This document shows positions 1-29,265 of a DNA stretch of 64,000 bases, one piece after another. The position numbers and the translations under genes are program-made. The first letter of the stretch is position 1; each line of letters opens with the position of its first letter. The stretch is taken from positions 1,736,001 to 1,800,000 of the forward strand of contig OZ218963.1 in assembly GCA_965112735.1 (NCBI GenBank), read 5' to 3'. The DNA is from Phaeosaccion multiseriatum. Its lineage: Eukaryota; Protista; Ochrophyta, other classes. The notes under the pieces were generated by a model that ran no database searches, had not been told where the DNA came from, and saw only the letters and a list, made by a program, of their open reading frames with translations.

Positions 1-8
1 TCATTCAG

Positions 9-1618
9 CTCACGCCCAACAACGCACGCGTGGGCGATGCCGTGAGAGCCGCCCTCGACACGGACCTGCTCAGACAGGTGAGAACGAGGTGGAATTGAGA
101 CTGTTGAACCTGAATCTGTCGGAACTGAAACTGAAACTGTGTGTAGTGGAGAGATTTGAGTGTGTGTAGGGCAGTTTTCTGATGACGAGCTTGCTTGTCC
201 TCCCTCCCTTCCTCTGTCCCTCCCTCCCTCTCTCTCCCCCTCCCTCCGTCCCTCCTTTCTCTTCTCCCTCCCCCTCCCTTCTTCTCTCCCTCTCTCTCTC
301 CCTCTCTCTTCCACCTCTCTCTCCCTCTCCCTCTTTCTCTCTCTCCTCTTTCTCCCTCCCCTTGTCCCGATAACAAGATGCTACGGCCTGGCTCCACGCT
401 GGGCTCAGCGGATGTATCCCGCCTTGTGACCTTCATTGTGGAGCATCTGTTGGGCTTGCAGGTGGGTATGCTTGGCGGCCTACCAGTCGGTCTGCCGGTC
501 TGTTCCAAGCCGCATCACTTTGACATGCCTCTCCAGCGTGCTTTGTGCTTTGTCTGCGGGGCAAATTGATCGCTCAAATACGTACCACACCCTCTGCTGC
601 ACCCGAACGAGAGTTCTGACCTAACTAGTGCATCGCTTTTTCTCTCTCTCCCTTCTTCCTCTCTCTCCCGCTCCCTCTCTCTCCCGCTCTCTCTCTCCTT
701 CTCTTTCTCTGCAATCAATCAATCTTTCACTGCCCTCGCTCTTTGTCGCACCCCCCCCAGGCACCCGTGCGTAGCGAGAAGACGCGAAAGTGGTTGGCAA
801 AGTTCCAGGGGGGGCTCTCTCGCGCAGCCCAGGGGGGCGCCTCACAAGAGCAGCAAGCGGAGGCCCTCGTGCTCATGCTGCCTCGGGCCTTCGACTTCTT
901 CTTCTCGAGAATAGATGAAGTGCGTGTGTGTGTGTGAGTGTATATATATGTGTGTGTGTATGTGCGGCACAGGCCTCCCTGCTACAGCCCCGCTACAGCC
1001 CTGCTACCAAGCAAACACTTTGCTTGGGGGCGGAGCAAGTTACGTGTGTTTTCCGTCTGCTTTCTGTCGCTCCCCTGGAGGCCCGCAGGGGGGGAGGTTG
1101 ATGGTTCCTGAGGGGAGGATTCCCTGGTTCTCTTGTCCCTTTGACTGCAGCACCCCCCCCCTGTCCTCCCACGCCTCCTCTTCAAAATCTTGCAGTGTGT
1201 GCCTCTATCCCATGTACACGTCTCTTCCTCTCCTCGTCGTGTTGAGGGCGAAAGACTGCCGTTCACTCCCATACGCTACTTACCGTCTGCATGGAACGAT
1301 ATGCCCCTCTCTCTCCTCTCCTGCTCCCTCACCCCTTCGCTTTGCCTCCTCCTCCTCCTCCTCCTCCTCCTCCTCCTCCTCCTCCTCCTCCTCCTCCTCC
1401 TCCTCCTCATCTGTGTATACATGCAGGTCCGGCGTGACATGGCCAATTACCACATTCAGACCATCGTGGCGCCGTACCTAAAGCGAAACGGTGCAGACTT
1501 TGAGCGCAATAAGTTCGAAGAGATGCTCAAGGCCCGAGGGGGGGACAAGGCGCTGGTAGGTGGAAGTACAACTCTGTCGGTCTGTCTATGTGTGCGTCTG
1601 TCTCTGTCTCTGTCTGCC

Positions 1619-1716
<98 letters not shown>

Positions 1717-1730
1717 TGTCTGTCTGTCTG

Positions 1731-1792
<62 letters not shown>

Positions 1793-4700
1793 GTTTTCTC
1801 ATACAGCCATGCCTTAACATACCGACTGGGGCATGCATCGGTCGTCGGGGGGCAGAGGGGGCAGATCGTGTGGGGTGACGCTCAAACCTGCTGAGAAGAG
1901 CTTTAAGCTGCTTTGACCCTCGCGCCGTGCCTTGCGTTGCGTGAAGAGACTTCTGTGTATGTGTTGTGTGTGTGCGTGTGTGTGGGGGGGGGGGGGGGAG
2001 TATGGCTTGCTTCCTTTATTCTATTCAGAGAAGTGCACTAATTTGGTCCTTCAACCTTCCTTCGTTCCTTCCTTCCTTCGTTCCTTCCTTCCTTCCTTCC
2101 TTCCTTCCTTCCTTCCTTCCTTCCTTCCTTCCTTCTTCCTCCTTCCTCCCCTCCATATTTTCCTTCCTCCCCTCCCTCTCTCCCTTCCTTCCTTCCTTCC
2201 TTCCCTCCCTCTCTTTCTTATTTCCCCCCTCCCTTTCTCCTTCCCCCTCTCTCTCCCTCCCTTCTTTCCTTCCCTTGGTTCGGGTGTGATAATCTCTGCC
2301 TTCCTGGACTGGACGCACTTCAAGGTGAACATGCGTGAGTGGTTGCGAATAGGCCTTGTGGAGGCCAATGCCAGTGGCGGCGGAGACAGCGACTCCGTTC
2401 TGCAGTCTGTCAAGGAAGGGAAAACTGCTGTGGTGCTGTCGGTCCTGCAGGTGCGTGCCTTGTATGAGTGAAAGCACTTGTTCTTCTCCCCCCCCCCCCC
2501 CCCCCCCGCTTTCTCCGATCCTTTGGTGTGGGTGGTGGAGGCCAAGAGCAGTTTAATCGACCGCACCCTGTACCCGTATAATTAAGTCACTCTTGTCCAT
2601 AGAGACTCCTGTGCGCCTGTGGAGTACTCTGCTTCCGATCACTCCCGATCTGCCTCTAGAATGTCTTCTCCCTTCTCCCTTCTCTCATGTGCCTTTCTCT
2701 CATCTGCACTGCTCTTCGGAACCTGCGCGTCTATCCAAAACCCACTCTCTCACTCATGCATTCACACACTCACTCACTCACTCACGTCCTCACTCACTCA
2801 CTCACTCACTCTCATTCATTCACTCATTCGCTCTTTCACTCAACTACTCTTCTCACTCACTCACTTCCTCACTCACTCACTCACTTATTCACTCACTCAC
2901 TCACTCACCCACGTCCTCACTCACTCACTCACTCACCCACGTCCTTACTCACTCACTCAGTCACTTCCTCACTCACTCACTCACTCACTCACTCACTCAC
3001 TTCCTCACTTCCTCACTCACTCACCTACTCACTCACTCACCCACGTCCTCACTCACTGCCTCACTCACCCACTCACTTCCTCACTCACTCACTCACTCAG
3101 TCACTTCCTCACTCACTCACTCACTCACTCACTCACTCACCCACTCACTTCCTCACTCACTCACTCACTCACTCACTTCTTCAGGCACTTCTTCAGTCAC
3201 TCACTCACTGCCTCACTTACTCACCGCCTCACTCACTCACTTCCTACCTCCCTCCCTCCCTCCCTCACTCACTCACTCACTCACTCACTCACTCACTCAC
3301 TCACTCACTCACTCACTCACTCCCTCACTCCCTCACTCCGTCACTCCCTCACTCTGTCACTCCCTCACTCCTTCACTCCCTCTCTCCCTCCCTTGCTCCC
3401 TCCCTCCCTCCCTCCCTCCCCCCCTCCCTTCTTCTCTCCCCTCTTCTCCCTTACTCACAGCTGGCATGGGTGCAGCTGCTTCGTCGGCCCGTGCGCCTCT
3501 CCACCCCTGGGGCCCGCCTGCCTGAGAGTCTGGAGATGGACGGAGAACGCCTTGCTGCAGTCAGAGACACTTTGGACAGCGTGGCGCTCACCGCCACTCT
3601 CTGCGTGCTGCTAAGACAGGTGGGTAGCACACACGCACATACACGCACCCACACGCAGATACACGCACACACACGCCCCCCCCCCCCCCACACACACACG
3701 CGCGCCCGCACACATGCACACACACACACACACATGTCGACGCTTGACCCCCACCCCACTGTCGACTCTCTGAACTTGCTGTCTTCCGCCGCTCTCCTTC
3801 GGCTGTCCGCCCGTCAGGTGATGGCCCGACTGCACTGTCCCTTCCCTGTGGCCTCTCAGGAGCGCCTTCAACACAGACTCATGATCCTCGTCACAGACCC
3901 CTCCAACATGGTGCGTAGGAAGGATGGAAGGATGGAAGGAAGGAAGGGAGATATGGATGGAAGGAAGGAAGGATGGAAGGAGGGAAGGAAGGAAGGACGG
4001 AAGGAGGGAAGAAAGGAAGGAAGGAGGGAGCAGGAAGGAAGGGAAGGGAAAGGAAGGAAGGAAGGAAGAAAGGAAGGAAGGAAGGAAGGAAGGAAGGAAA
4101 GGAAGGAAGGGAAGGAAGGAGGGAGGGAAGAAAAGGAAGGAAGGAAGGAAGGATGAGAGGAAGGAAGAAGGAAAAGGTTCAATGAGTCAATTTCCTTTCA
4201 GCTTCCTTTGTTTCCGACCCATTGCAAGAGGTGTACATGCGGCTCGGCTTAACATTCTTTGTGCTCGACACTACTTGTGTGTGACACTACTACTACTTAC
4301 GTACTACTACTTCTGTTGTCTCGTCTTTCTGCCCGGCACTCTGCACTCTATTCTCTGCTCTGGATCTTAGGTGAGGCTACCCCAGCTCGTGGAGGAGGTG
4401 GTTTCCGAAGCCAAGCATCTCTTTCTCTCCCGCCCTGCGTCAACCCCTCCCGTCTCTGCATGTGCGGTCCCGGGGGGTGCGGCCCCGGGGGGGGCGCCAC
4501 TGAAGGAGGAGGATGAGGACAGCCTTCGAAGCCTGCTCCGGAACAGTGCTGACCCCGACAATGAGGTGGGTGGGTGTGAGTGGGTGTGAGTGGGTGTGAG
4601 TGGGTATCAGTGGGGGTATCTCCGAGGCAATCTCTCTTGGCCTTCCCGGTGGTGGCCTTTAGTGTTAGGGAGAAGAGCTCCGCCCCTTAGGGTACCATCC

Positions 4701-7700
4701 ATCCATCCGTCTCCATCCCATCTAACAGTTGGCCCTGCGGTACCCCACCCTGCATCGCATGTACCCTTACGTGATGCCCTTACGTACCCGTACGTACTCC
4801 CTCGAATTGCTGCCGTACACCCGTTGCGTTTGCCCCACAGGTGTTCAAAGTGTTCTTCGATCGCACCTTGTCTGTGGTGCGCGGCTCGTTGGGCGGTGGC
4901 GGTGTGGAGGCTCTTTGCGTCAAGTACGGCCTCAAGGCCTTTGAGAAGCCCCTCGGGGAGCAGGGCGACAAGCTGCGCATGTGAGTGTGTGTGTATATGT
5001 GTGTATATGTGTGTTTGTGTGTGTGCGTGTGTGCGTGCGTGCGCGTGTGCGTGTGTGCGTGTGTGTGCGTGTGAAGGTGTAGGTGGGTAAGTGGGGCGCT
5101 CAATGAGGAGGTACCGCTTTTATTCAAGAGTTTACAACACCGGCGGGGGAAAGTACGATTTCTCTGTGTTTAGCCCCTCTTTTTCAAACTCGTAGATATA
5201 CCTTTGTTTGTTACATTGAGACGGGTCTTTTCCTCCATTCTTTTGGGTATCCGTACCCCCACTGACCAAAATCCTTCCTTCCACTGTCACTCTTACGAAC
5301 GATGCGCCACTCGTGCCCCATCTCGTGTGCTCACTCACACCACTCACACCACTCACACCACTCACACCACTCACACCACTCACGCCACTCACTCCACTCA
5401 CACCACTCACACCACTCACACCACTCACTCCACTCACACCACTCACACCACTCACACCACTCACACCACTCACACCACTCACACCACTCACACCACTCAC
5501 ACCACTCACACCACTCACTCCACTCACACCACTCACACCACTCACACCACTCACACCAATCACACCACTCACGCCACTCACACCACTCACACCACTCACA
5601 CCACTCACACCACTCACCCCACTCACACCACTCACTCCACTCACACCACTCACTCCACTCACACCACTCACACCACTCACACCACTCACACCACTCACAC
5701 CACTCACACCACTCACTCCACTCACACCACTCACTCCACTCACACCACTCACTCCACTCACACCACTCACACCACTCACACCACTCACACCACTCACACC
5801 ACTCACACCACTCACACCACTCACTCCACTCACACCACTCACACCACTCACACCACTCACACCACTCACACCACTCACACCACTCACACCACTCACACCA
5901 CTCACACCACTCACACCACTCACACCACTCACCCCACTCACACCACTCACACCACTCACACCACTCACACCACTCACACCACTCACACCACTCACACCAC
6001 TCACTCCACTCACACCACTCACTCCACTCACACCACTCACACCACTCACACCACTCACACCACTCACACCACTCACACCACTCACTCCACTCACACCACT
6101 CACACCACTCACACCACTCACTCCACTCACTCCACTCACACCACTCACACCACTCACACCACTCACACCACTCACACCACTCACACCACTCACACCACTC
6201 ACACCACTCACACCACTCACACCACTCACACCACTCACACCACTCACACCACTCACACCACTCACACCACTCACACCACTCACACCACTCACACCACTCA
6301 CCCCACTCACACCACTCACTCCACTCACACCACTCACTCCACTCACACCACTCACACCACTCACACCACTCACACCACTCACACCACTCACACCACTCAC
6401 TCCACTCACACCACTCACTCCACTCACACCACTCACTCCACTCACACCACTCACACCACTCACACCACTCACACCACTCACCCCACTCACACCACTCACT
6501 CCACTCACACCACTCACTCCACTCACACCACTCACACCACTCACACCACTCACACCACTCACACCACTCACACCACTCACCCCACTCACACCACTCACAC
6601 CACTCACACCACTCACACCACTCACACCACTCACCCCACTCACACCACTCACTCCACTCACACCACTCACTCCACTCACACCACTCACACCACTCACACC
6701 ACTCACACCACTCACACCACTCACTCCACTCACACCACTCACTCCACTCACACCACTCACACCACTCACACCACTCACACCACTCACACCACTCACACCA
6801 CTCACACCACTCACACCACTCACACCACTCACACCACTCACACCACTCACACCACTCACACCACTCACACCACTCACACCACTCACACCACTCACACCAC
6901 TCACACCACTCACACCACTCACACCACTCACACCACTCACACCACTCACACCACTCACACCACTCACACCACTCACACCACTCACACCACTCACTCCACT
7001 CACACCACTCACTCCACTCACACCACTCACACCACTCACCCCACTCACACCACTCACTCCACTCACACCACTCACTCCACTCACACCACTCACACCACTC
7101 ACACCACTAACCCCACTCACACCACTCACTCCACTCACACCACTCACTCCACTCACACCACTCACACCACTAACACCACTCACACCACTCACGCCACTCA
7201 CTCCACTCACACCACTCACACCACTCACACCACTCACACCACTCACACCACTCACACCACTCACACCACTCACACCACTCACACCACTCACACCACTCAC
7301 ACCACTCACACCACTCACACCACTCACACCACTCACACCACTCACACCACTCACACCACTCACACCACTCACACCACTCACACCACTCACACCACTCACA
7401 CCACTCACACCACTCACACCACTCACACCACTCACACCACTCACACCACTCACACCACTCACACCACTCACACCACTCACACCACTCACACCACTCACAC
7501 CACTCACACCACTCACACCACTCACACCACTCACACCACTCACACCACTCACACCACTCACACCACTCACACCACTCACACCACTCACACCACTCACACC
7601 ACTCACACCACTCACACCACTCACACCACTCACACCACTCACACCACTCACACCACTCACACCACTCACACCACTCACACCACTCACACCACTCACACCA

Positions 7701-9592
7701 CTCACACCACTCACACCACTCACACCACTCACACCACTCACACCACTCACACCACTCACACCACTCACACCACTCACACCACTCACACCACTCACACCAC
7801 TCACACCACTCACACCACTCACACCACTCACACCACTCACACCACTCACACCACTCACACCACTCACACCACTCACACCACTCACACCACTCACACCACT
7901 CACACCACTCACACCACTCACACCACTCACACCACTCACACCACTCACACCACTCACACCACTCACACCACTCACACCACTCACACCACCCACACCACTC
8001 ACACCACCCACACCACTCACACCACTCACACCACTCACACCACTCACACCACTCACACCACTCACACCACTCACACCACTCACACCACTCACACCACTCA
8101 CACCACTCACACCACTCACACCACTCACACCACTCACACCACTCACACCACTCACACCACTCACACCACTCACACCACTCACTCCACTCACACCACTCAC
8201 TTTACCCACACCACTCACACCACCCACACCACTCACACCACTCACACCACTCACACCACTCACACCACTCACACCACTCACACCACTCACACCACTCACA
8301 CCACTCACACCACTCACACCACTCACACCACTCACACCACTCACACCACTCACACCACTCACACCACTCACACCACTCACACCACTCACACCACTCACAC
8401 CACTCACACCACTCACACCACTCACACCACTCACACCACTCACACCACTCACTTTACCCACACCACTCACACCACCCACACCACTCACACCACTCACACC
8501 ACTCACACCACTCACACCACTCACACCACTCACACCACTCACACCACTCACACCACTCACACCACTCACACCACTCACACCACTCACACCACTCACACCA
8601 CTCACACCACTCACACCACTCACACCACTCACACCACTCACACCACTCACACCACTCACACCACTCACACCACTCACTCCACTCACACCACTCACTTTAC
8701 CCACACCACTCACACCACCCACACCACTCACACCACTCACACCACTCACACCACTCACACCACTCACACCACTCACACCACTCACACCACTCACACCACT
8801 CACACCACTCACACCACTCACACCACTCACACCACTCACACCACTCACACCACTCACACCACTCACACCACTCACACCACTCACACCACTCACACCACTC
8901 ACACCACTCACACCACTCACACCACTCACACCACTCACTTTACCCACACCACTCACACCACTCACACCACTCACACCACTCACACCACTCACACCACTCA
9001 CACCACTCACACCACTCACACCACTCACACCACTCACACCACTCACACCACTCACACCACTCACACCACTCACACCACTCACACCACTCACACCACTCAC
9101 ACCACTCACACCACTCACACCACTCACACCACTCACACCACTCACACCACTCACACCACTCACACCACTCACACCACTCACACCACTCACACCACTCACA
9201 CCACTCACACCACTCACACCACTCACACCACTCACACCACTCACACCACTCACACCACTCACACCACTCACACCACTCACACCAATCACACCACTCACAC
9301 CACTCACACCACTCACACCACTCACACCACTCACACCACTCACACCACTCACACCACTCACCCCACTCACACCACCCACACCACTCACACCACCCACACC
9401 ACTGACACCACTCACACCACTCACACTACTCACACCACTCACACCACTCACACCACTCACACCACTCACACCACTCACATCACTCACATTACCCACAGGC
9501 TCTACAAGCACAACCTCAAGGTGTTCGCCACGCACTACAGCCGGATAATGATGCAGGAGGCGAGGGCCCTCCTCATTGCTACAGGTGGATGA
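9..9592 (+). CDS. T-complex protein 11 (TCP11/SOK1) family protein, 5'-truncated by the window edge, multi-exon
   Basis: Spliced exons (9-77, 378-461, 761-919, 1427-1555, ~2325-2450, ~3461-3619, ~3818-3910, 4371-4565, 4841-4980, 9499-9592) give [46 protein letters not shown] and [13 protein letters not shown], matching TCP11 domain motifs. GT-AG boundaries keep frame; stop TGA ends at 9592. Confidence 0.8.
2745..3375 (+). repeat. Degenerate (ACTC)n microsatellite in the 3' half of a TCP11 intron
   Basis: cactcactcact runs read directly; the intron ends ttactcacag at 3460. Confidence 0.95.
5331..9497 (+). repeat. ~4.2-kb 9-bp satellite (CACTCACAC)n filling the last TCP11 intron (4981-9498)
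   Basis: Near-perfect 9-mer tandem array with variant units (cactcactc, cactcaccc, cacccacac, cactaac), ending at the acceptor cccacag. Confidence 0.98.
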
Positions 9593-10373
9593 GAGGAGGA
9601 CTGAAGGCGTGTATCCAGTCTTTTCCCAGCGTCCCAGACGAGATCCAACGCATGTCTCCCTCTCTCAGAGAGAGAGAGAGTAGGAGAGAGAGAGGGAGAG
9701 CGTAGAGAGAGCGCAGAGAGAAGCCTCGAGGTGTCGGAGGCTGAGTTAGCACGTCACCGCCCGAATTGCCCACCCGAACCGCGTTCTCCGATTATCCAGG
9801 AACACACCCAAACCACTGTCCACTGTTAGGCACCTCATCTCTAACCATCACGTAAGATTACGTAATGAGTGGCGTTACGTCGAAGGAATTCTCGACGCAT
9901 AATGTAATAACCCTAATGACAACTGAACCTCGGCACCGAAACCCACCGTTGCTACACGACAGAAGTTCGAAGAAGTCTCCCACTCAGGCACGCGCTCCCG
10001 CACCCGCTCGACTCTCACCCACGGACGCAAGCACGCGCTCACGTATGCACTCACTCCACCAGTCGCGCACATGCACACACGGCTCACTTTGCTTGGCGAG
10101 GGGTGCGTGCGTGCGTGGGCGCGTATGCCCTTCAGCTTCAGTTTCAGTTTCAGTTTCAGTTTCAGTTTATTTACCCCCTTCTCATCTCTCTTTCGAATAC
10201 CTACTGTACTGGTACACGACACACGACACTGCTCCTCGCGGTGTATGATATACACGGTCTTTCTGAGCTCTCCCTTCCGCTCGACAGGTGTAAAAAATCA
10301 TCATCATGAGCTGACACTCAAACTTTTTCAACAGTTCGACGCCAAAGCAAGGGTGAATAAGAGAGGGCTGCCC

Positions 10374-26350
<15,977 letters not shown>

Positions 26351-26556
26351 GCTCATGGGAGGTGAAGAGCGCAGAGCTGAGGCCAACGGAGCTCAAGGCT
26401 GAAGGTGGAAGGAGGAAGGGAAGGGGGGGAGGGGCAGGGTCGTTTTGCCTTTGTTGCCGAAGTACCCTGGAGAAGCCGAGGGATGATGCGGAGAAAGTAA
26501 GAGTAAGTTGGTGTGCTGCCTTCCCTATGTACCCTGTAGCCCACGCACTGCGCTCT

Positions 26557-29142
26557 TTACATTGAGAGGGCGCTGCGACAGCACCCCAATGCGACGAGGG
26601 CGGCCGTTTCGGCACGTAGGACGTTAGGCCCAAGGGACACCGCACGGATGTTGGCGTGGGCCTCCATCATGGCAAACTCTGACTCACTGAAGCCCCCCTC
26701 GGGGCCCACGAGGAGGAGGATCTTCTTCAGGCTCTTGTCGCCGCTGCTGCTGCTGCGAGTGGTGGTGCTGCTGCTTCCGTTATCGGCGGTATCGGAGCGG
26801 TCTCCCTCCGCTTGGCGTGGTGCCGTCATTCGCAGTAACTCGGATAGGAGAGGTGTCGCCTGTTCGCACCGCTCCCTTTTTTTAGGCATAGGGGCACAGG
26901 GGCAGAGCGAGAGGCAAAAGGCAGGCAGAAGCAGAGTCAAATGATACGGCCAGGCTCACAAGTAGAAGGTCAGGGCAAAGCGGTGCTACCCAAAGACTGC
27001 GGTCTGAAGTGAAGAGAAAGGGGCGGCACTCGGGAGCGTTCTCTCTCTGTCTCTCTCTGTCAGTCTCTCTCTCTCTCTCTCTCTCTCTCCCCCACCCCTC
27101 CTCTCTCTCTCTCCCTCTCTCTGTTTCTCTCTCTCTGTGTGTGCGCGTGAGTGCGTGGCCGGCACGTGAGGCTCCGTCGAAGCCTTCCTCTCCGCTCCTT
27201 ACCTGCAGAGGAGAACCCTTTGGTCTGCGCCTAACCCGTCGAGAAAATCTGCCAAGGACAAAAGAGTCCCCATCCCTTTTGAATTTGAATTTGAGCTTGC
27301 CTCAGCCTCAAGCTGCGGCAGCGTAAGGCGTTCGCACTGCTCCGCTGCCTCCACAGTTACCGCCCTTAGCTTGCTCAGCGCATCGGCGGAGGGGAGGCAG
27401 CTCTCCTGTGTCCGTTCCGTCGATACCAATAACACCCTAAACAGAAAGAGGAGCCACACACACACACAGCAGGGAAAGGTGGGGGGCGAGTTTGAATAGG
27501 AATGGGCGGCTCACACACTTCATGCACATCAAGTCAACAGGCACAGGGGGTGTTCCCTTAATCCCTCCTTGCTCTTTTGATACCCACCACCCACCACCCC
27601 ACACCCCCCGCTTGGCTCTCGCTTCTTTTGTCTTTTCTTACCGATCGGCTCCAATCTCGGTGGCCTTCTCCACCAACAGTTTCAAACGCTGCCTCTTGAT
27701 GGGGGCCACACACAGCCAAATCTCCGGCCCTTGCCCCTCTGCTTCTGCTTCTGCATATGTCAACGCGGAGGAACCCCCCCCCTCCTCCTCCTCTGCTGGT
27801 CTGGTTCCTCTCTCGCCCCCCCCACCCCCCGCTTGTGATCGATCTACAGCCTGCTTGCCCTTGCTCTCGCCGCTGCTGACCGCCGGGCTTACTTCATCAC
27901 CCCTCTCCTGCTTGTGTTGCCGGGGTTGGGGGCGAAGGAGCTGCTGCAGGCGGAGAGCCAGGAGCCCTCCCTTGGCTCTTCCCCCTCCGCTCCTAATTCC
28001 GGCCTGGCCCCTTCTGGTCTTTCCCTTTCCTTTCATCCGTCGCTGGAGTAAGAGTGTGTGCGTGTGTGGGGCGGGGTGGGGGTGGGGGCACGGAGGAGGG
28101 TTCGAAAGCAAGAGGGAGATGCACCAAAGGAAATTAGAGTGAAGAAATGGGGAGAGGAAAGAGAGGGGTAGAGACGAGGAAAGGCGAGGGGAAGAGAAGG
28201 GGGAGAGATTGTGACGAAAGAGAGGAAAGGATAGTCACTCAGCACTGGGCCGGTATGAGGACAAAAGCTATTGCATCTGTGTTGATTCTCGGGGGCTTCT
28301 GACCTGTGCGGTTGGTGTCGCGTTGGAGCTATCCAAGCTGCTAACAAGAACTACGGTGGTAGGGCAGTGAACGCGGGGCGGGGGGGGGGCAGGAGAAAGG
28401 ACAGCAACGCAGTTGGCGTAAAGTCATGAGAAGGGAGACCAACAGGGTGCAAATGAAGGGACTGCAAGCCGGCAACCTTAACTGCATGGCCAGCCACCAG
28501 CCAGCTCAAGTCTAAAACACCCCCCCCTTTCCACTCCTCCCAGGTCAATCCTGAAGAGGGTTGCCAAGCTGTGTGTGTGTGGAAGGACGAACGATACCTG
28601 CCGCGTACTCCCCGTGTCTTCCGTTGAAGGCTCGTACAGCCCCGCCCTCCCTCAGGCGCATGACTGAAGATAGATAGTGCTGGAGCGAGGGAGGGCATGA
28701 GTGAGGGAGAAAGAATGGACCAGGTTGGGGAGAGAGAGGGAGGAAGGGAGAGGGAGATGTAGTGAGCCAGAGGACAAGAGGGTACTGCGTGCTGGGCACG
28801 GTTAGCGTAGGCGACTAACGACGGAGTTGCACATGATCTCAGAGGACGTCGCACCTGCTGCTCCGGGGACAACGGCACAAGCAGCCCCGTAGATAGACGC
28901 GGCACATTCACGTAAACCCGAGGCGAGCGATGATCTACAACACACGACTCATCCTCCTGCCCAGGTCTTGAGGTAGTGAAGAACGTCCTCAAGCACTGAT
29001 CTCTGTAATTCGCAGTCCTCTTCAAGGACGAGGATATACTGTATACCCCAGAGCGATGGGCTGTGAAAGCGAGACAGCTGCGGCGCTTCATCAGGAGCAG
29101 AATCATTAAAGATATCCTCCCCATTGGAAGATGAGGCAACAT
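26557..29142 (-). CDS. rsmE: 16S rRNA m3U1498 methyltransferase RsmE, probably organelle (plastid) targeted, 6 exons
   Basis: Spliced motifs PRVYV, HYLSSVMRLREGGAVRAFNGRHGEY, APIKRQRLKLLVEKATEIGA, EAAEQCER and VGPEGGFS..E...SLGPNVLRAETAA form the SPOUT RsmE signature. The N-terminus has a hydrophobic stretch followed by CLA-F. Confidence 0.93.
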
Positions 29143-29265
29143 TTAAACAAAAAAATCGCGAGCACGAGCATCCGTCCCCCTTCGAGTTGGTTCTCCGTTG
29201 TCGTCGCATTTTCTTCTTGTGATTCGATAATATTACGTACGCGACCCTCAATTTTCACCCCTCTT

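Noticed and set aside
5132-9592. 1400+-aa ORFs (VSG, TPL, HTT, HHS repeats)
   Set aside because: Translations of a stop-free 9-bp satellite inside an intron. Only 9499-9592 is a real exon.
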